A DNA stretch of 64,000 nucleotides, from positions 24,306,001 to 24,370,000 of the forward strand of contig NC_086109.1 of assembly GCF_963921235.1 (NCBI RefSeq), written 5' to 3'. Shown in pieces: positions 59,540 to 64,000 of the stretch. The notes beneath the pieces were generated by a model. The model saw only the letters and a list, made by a program, of their open reading frames with translations. It did no database searches and was not told the DNA's origin. Numbering within the stretch: the stretch's first letter is position 1; every line of letters begins with the position of its first letter. Origin of the DNA: Mobula hypostoma (lineage: Eukaryota). The position numbers and the translations under genes were made by a program.

Positions 59540-60265
59540 TGTTCAAAGTTCAAAGTTCGCCATAAATTTATTATGAAAGTACATATATGTCACCATATAC
59601 TGCCCTGAGATTCATTTTTTTGCAGACATTCACAGTAGTCAAAAATACAATAGAAAAAAACCACACATAAACAAAGAATTGCAAACAACAAATATGCCAA
59701 AAAAAAAAGTCCCCTCCAAGAAGACCACAACCTTGTCATGGTTTGGAGGCTTTCATGCCTCAATGACCCAGAGAGCTGCGCTGGCTGGAGGCAGGGCTTT
59801 ATGCTTTGCCTGTTGGTAGGGTCATCCATGCCAAACAGGTCAAAGAGTAGAGGCCAGATAAAGAGTACACCACCAGTTCTCCAGGTTTGGGAGTTCAGCT
59901 CAGGGCTAAGAACCTTGACTGGTCAAACAAAACTGTTATGGAACCAGTAATAAAGAATCCTACATCTGTGTACAGTGGGTATATTGCCCGGGACTTGCAC
60001 GACTGACAGTAAACAAAGAAGAAGCCACTGACACAGTGAAGGAAACTGTTAACACCGCCAGAGATGGAGGACCTTTATTGCTGTCCTAAATGCTAGCAGC
60101 ATAATAGGCAAAAGAAAAATGTGTAAAAAAAAGACAAACTGTGCCAATAAAAAAGTAAATAAATAATAATGAGAATGTGAGCCCATTGGTTGAAGAATCA
60201 GTTCAGAGCTGAGGTAAGTGAAGTTTCTACACTAGTTCAGGAGCCTGAAAGTTGAAGGGTTATAG
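59540..60265 (-). mobile_element. Rex1/Babar 3' UTR hosting an RTE-derived insert
   Basis: TTCAAAGTTCAAAGTT..TTATTATGAAAGTACATATATGTCACCATATAC; resumes at about 60117 with AAGACAAACTGTG..TTCAGGAGCCTGA; same family as 29075. Confidence 0.8.
59710..60112 (+). mobile_element. Non-autonomous RTE-clade (Rex3/Expander-like) derivative
   Basis: 5' part CCACAACCTTGTCATGGTTTGGAGGCTT..CAATGACCCAGAGAGCT..GGTAGGGTCATCCATGCCAAACAGGTC resembles RTE 5' UTRs as I recall them; 3' part AGATGGAGGACCTTTATTGCTGTCCTAAATGC (RWRTFIAVLNA) resembles an RTE ORF end. Confidence 0.6.
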
Positions 60266-60779
60266 CACAGCTGAGAGAGGGATAGTGGGACAGGGTAGTC
60301 ACATGGAAAACCAACAATAAAAGTACTCATATATGATAAGGTAATGACTGAATATTTTTATAGAATATATAAAAATTTCTTAGCATGCTGACTTGCATCT
60401 CCTAGTCATGCTGCAAAAATCTGGGGGATTATGGAAGAATTCTCTTCAAGAAGAAGTGTATTCATCTTCTTGTCCTTGGCTGGAGAATAGTGAACAGGAC
60501 ATCTTTGCAGTTAATGAGGTTAAACATAACACTCATCTTGCATTGGGATTCTGGCACATGCCAATAAACTTTACTAAATCTTTATTCTTCACAATTGTTG
60601 AATGCTGTTGCTTTTATGTTGCGTGTTGAATCCTGACCAGCACAGCCAATTCCTAATACATGTAAACGTATATGGCAGATGAAGTTGGTCCTTGATCCTA
60701 GAAGGTCCAAATGTGGAAAATTCAATGGACTTTTTTTTAAAACCCAGAGCTTACATTCAAAACTGTATGCTGTTGAATA

Positions 60780-61275
60780 ACATACACAAAATGCAGGAGG
60801 AACTCAGCAGGTCAGGTAGCATCTATGGAAAAGAGTAAACAGTCGACGTTTCAGCACAAGACTCTTCTTCAGGACTTAAAAGCAATGGTGGAGATGCTTG
60901 AATAAAAAGACTGGGGGGGGGAGTGAAAGAGGCTAGCTGGAGGGTGATAGGTGAAGCCACATGGGTGGGAAAGTTTAAGGGCTGAAGAAGAAATAACCTG
61001 ATAGGAGAGGAGAGAGGACCACAGGAGAAATGGAAGGAGGGGGAGACTCAGGGGAAGTAATAGGCAGGTGAGAAGAAGTAAAAGATCAGAGTTGGAAGTA
61101 GAGGAGGTGGGGAGGGAATTTTGTTCACAGAGAGGAGAAGTTGATATTCATACCTTCTGGTTGGTGGGTAACCAGATGGAATATAAGGTGTTGCTCCTCC
61201 GCCCTGAGGGTGGCCTCATCTTGGCACATAGATCAACACATTGGAATGGGAATTAAAATGTTTGGCCACTGGGTA
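60780..61275 (-). mobile_element. PLE 3' fragment
   Basis: Reverse complement of the 10690-11195 family (GATGAGGCCACCCTCAGGGCGGAGGAGCAACACCTTATATTCC; ATAGATGCTACCTGACCTGCTGAG). Confidence 0.85.
60841..60876 (-). ncRNA. Minimal type I hammerhead ribozyme motif (degenerate stem II)
   Basis: Minus strand AGUC-CUGAAGA-AGAGUCUUGUGCU-GAAA-CG-UC-GACU: intact CUGANGA and GAAA cores, GUC cleavage triplet, stem I AGUC/GACU. Confidence 0.6.
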
Positions 61276-62029
61276 GTCCCATTGTGACATTGCTGAGAAA
61301 TCTTTTACATAATTTGATGAGGGTTAGGTTTCTATTGTACTCTGTAGTGGACCTGGAGTTAGCTGGATTGGTACAGCCTACCTACAAGGGCTGGTGCCAG
61401 TTGCATAATGATTTATGTTGTCAGGCATGCAGTCTGCATATGCTTCTTGTGTGCATGCATACAGCATATCAGAAATGCATTACTCTATTTGCTAAACAAT
61501 GTGCAATATAGTAAGCACTCTTGATCAGAATGGGAAGCAATCTGACCCATAACAACAATTATGCAGCCCCTTGTTCTTATTATGTACAACATCCTAAGTT
61601 AGACCTATTATTATCAGTCCAATACATATATGTATTTCTAAAAACTATGGCTAGGTAATATAGTGGGATTTGAACACTTGAGAATTCTTTGCCATGTGTG
61701 TCATACAGTTTACCATGTGAGATATACCACAGGACCACGAACTTGTATTTTCCTGATTGCATGTTATTGTTTAAAAATAAACAAGGCATGTTGCCAGTCT
61801 CGACTTTCATAGAACATAGATTACTTGGGGAAAGAAACTGCTTGCTGCATTAAACAACTAAAATTAAGTTTGGTTAACTAAATAAATCTGGAACAAAAAT
61901 ATAGTGCAAAAATTATAATCTTCTTTTCACTTCATGAGGTCACGTAAGGTTGAAGGCTATTTTGTTTCGCTTTCTGTTCTGTCATTCTAGGTTGGGCGAT
62001 TCGGGTAACGTGGGACATCAGATTTGGCC

Positions 62030-62800
62030 ACAGGTAGACCAAGGGTGCATGAAATGGCAGGTGGGTAGCTTGAGAGGTGGTGCATTCCTTCCATCTTTTA
62101 CTCTGGGCTTCTCTGTGTCCTAATGAATGAACTCAAGGTTTTCAATGAACCTTCTCCATTCTAAGCAATCATATGAATAAGAACAGAAAAAATACACCAG
62201 GAGCAGGCAAAGGTCATCTGACCCATCAGGCCTGCCTACTCAACAATTCAATAAAATCATTGGTGAGTGAATCCTATGAGTCGGAGTGGATCTTACATTT
62301 TTTTCAAGAAGTCTCTGAAAACATCATTGAATTGTTCACTCTATTCACCTGATAACCTGATGCAGTGAGAAGACTCAGAATAATGCTTCTTGAATCAGAT
62401 GTTGGGCCTTTGAACAACATGATCTGCCCATTAGAGTTGGCTGAGTTTTGGGGGTGTTGGCTGGGGAGACCACAGTGATGTTAGTTTATTACTCTTACCA
62501 GTGGATTTGGAGGATTTTCAGAGACAGCTTTGGTGACACTATTTCATTGCACTGAGTTGAATTTAGTAGGTAGTCCATGTCTCAGTAGCCTATAGAGGGG
62601 CAGGGGCCACTGTTGTCCAGAAGAATCTGAACTGTGTATTTTGCTTGAAGTCTCAATTTTCTGTTTTGGTTTTTACTGAGACATTGGAAGCATATGGGAT
62701 GTAGTCTACATTTTCCAGGATCTTATTGTACACCGTTATTGTCAGAAGACAGGGAGGTACAACAGAGGGAGGTTGGTTGAGGTTTTTTTATTTATGTAGG
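62030..62800 (-). mobile_element. Old RTE-clade LINE remnant
   Basis: CAGTGGATTTGGAGGATTTT..GTAGTCCATGTCTCAG..GGGCAGGG and GTCGGAGTGGATCTTACATTTTTTTCAAGAAG resemble the 42630-43030 family. Confidence 0.4.
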
Positions 62801-62809
62801 GGTTTCAAG

Positions 62810-63255
62810 ATGGTCAGGAAAATTCATCTGGTTTACTAAATACATTGGGAAAGAAAATATGGTGTCTTTCCTGGCTTCATTCCAATGTAATCCTGTCAAT
62901 TTAGGTTGAATGCTAAATACCTTTTGAAATGGCTTGCTAAGTCACTCAGATGTTTCAATTCTCTACAAAAATATATAACAAGAATAAACCAGATGGGCCA
63001 TTCAGCATAGGCCAGCTCAGCAGACAAGACCAGTTCACAACCAGACACAGCCCAGTAATCATATCATTTCCTCCTCACCCACATTTGACACATGCTAAAA
63101 TTGGGAGAGTTGTCAACCGAATGCCTCATAGTGAAGGCCAAAGATTCCTCAATCACCATCCCTGGGCATGTCCTATGCCAGCAACAGTACACACCCTGGG
63201 TTAAGTCATTGCCTCTGGACCCCTTGAAATCTCATGGTATCAGATCAAATGTTTA
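62810..63255 (+). mobile_element. 5' end (UTR plus endonuclease start) of a CR1/L2-group LINE
   Basis: LKLGELS..DSSITIPGHVL..SWYQIK resemble an APE endonuclease N-terminus; upstream UTR resembles 21905-21990. Confidence 0.55.
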
Positions 63256-64000
63256 CTATGTACTGGTAATAATTCTGGAATTGTGCTGGCAAAAGACAAG
63301 AGTAGCAGTAATAAGCGAAGATCACTACTTGAAGGTTCTCCTAAAGAGAAACTACATTCAGGTCTGGAAAAATATTAAGGATGTGTAAGGCTGGACTGTC
63401 AACACAAACCTTGACAACAACTCCTATAAGCTTTAAGTGAATAAATAAACATTGCAAGGGCACATTCTTACCATAACATGAGCTGGTTTATATATTTATC
63501 CTTGCACTTCTGCAGTTATTAACTTGGTACTCAACAATATCAAACCTTGACCCTTCCATTTTGCAACAACCACTATATTTCCTATCATCCTTTTCATTCC
63601 AAGATTCTTGAATACATCACCCTCTATATCAGTACTCATCATTTCCACACACAACGTTTGAATATCTCCATTTACGTTTCTGATCCTGAGATAGTATTGA
63701 TACTATTATTCTGAAAGTCACAAGAATGTGAAAGATCCAAAATGCAAAAGTGAGAAAGGAAAAGGAAGCTTCTTCCTTCTTCTCAACCTGCACACTGACT
63801 TTAATCTGGTTGGCCACACTGTCTTTCACCAGGCCTTCCCATTTGTTATCCAGCTGTGTGAAAATCCTCTTCCTCGTCTCCATTCTAAAGAAGATATAAT
63901 TCTGAGAAAGACCTGGAATAATTTTGATTCCAAACCTGCTCCATTGACCCTTGTGATATCACTGGAAACCTCCTATCTCTTACCCACACCATCCGTTGGT

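Noticed and set aside
1..64000. CRISPR arrays, operons or prokaryotic defence systems
   Set aside because: Eukaryotic repeat landscape with no long ORFs and no regularly spaced repeat-spacer arrays.

Overview
Non-coding, repeat-rich vertebrate DNA. The repeat mix (V-domain SINEs, Deu-type SINEs, Rex1/Babar and CR1 LINE remnants, Penelope-like ends) suggests a cartilaginous fish, probably a ray; this is inference. I see no intact protein-coding gene, tRNA, rRNA or CRISPR array, and nearly all ORFs in the track are transposon debris or microsatellite read-through. Best-supported features: two full-length but dead Passport-like Tc1 (DD34E) transposons (4014-5669, 24857-26448); many truncated Rex1/Babar, CR1, L2-like and RTE LINE fragments, several nested; tRNA-derived SINEs; and Penelope-like element (PLE) ends carrying degenerate minimal hammerhead-ribozyme motifs. 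About 46.9-57.5 kb is CpG-rich and almost transposon-free. Several homeodomain-site clusters (about 15.0, 22.5, 28.3, 38.4, 47 and 50.6 kb) look like conserved enhancers of a developmental gene lying outside the window. One possible coding exon sits at 2179-2276. The most interesting leads are: 116-200 bp PLE-terminus units flanked by 12-15 bp target-site duplications (TSDs), repeated head-to-head LINE fusions, a ~400 bp non-autonomous RTE derivative, and a long hairpin inside a putative enhancer. I cannot demonstrate a new biological system from sequence alone. All family assignments are from recalled motifs, not database searches, and boundaries of decayed repeats are approximate.
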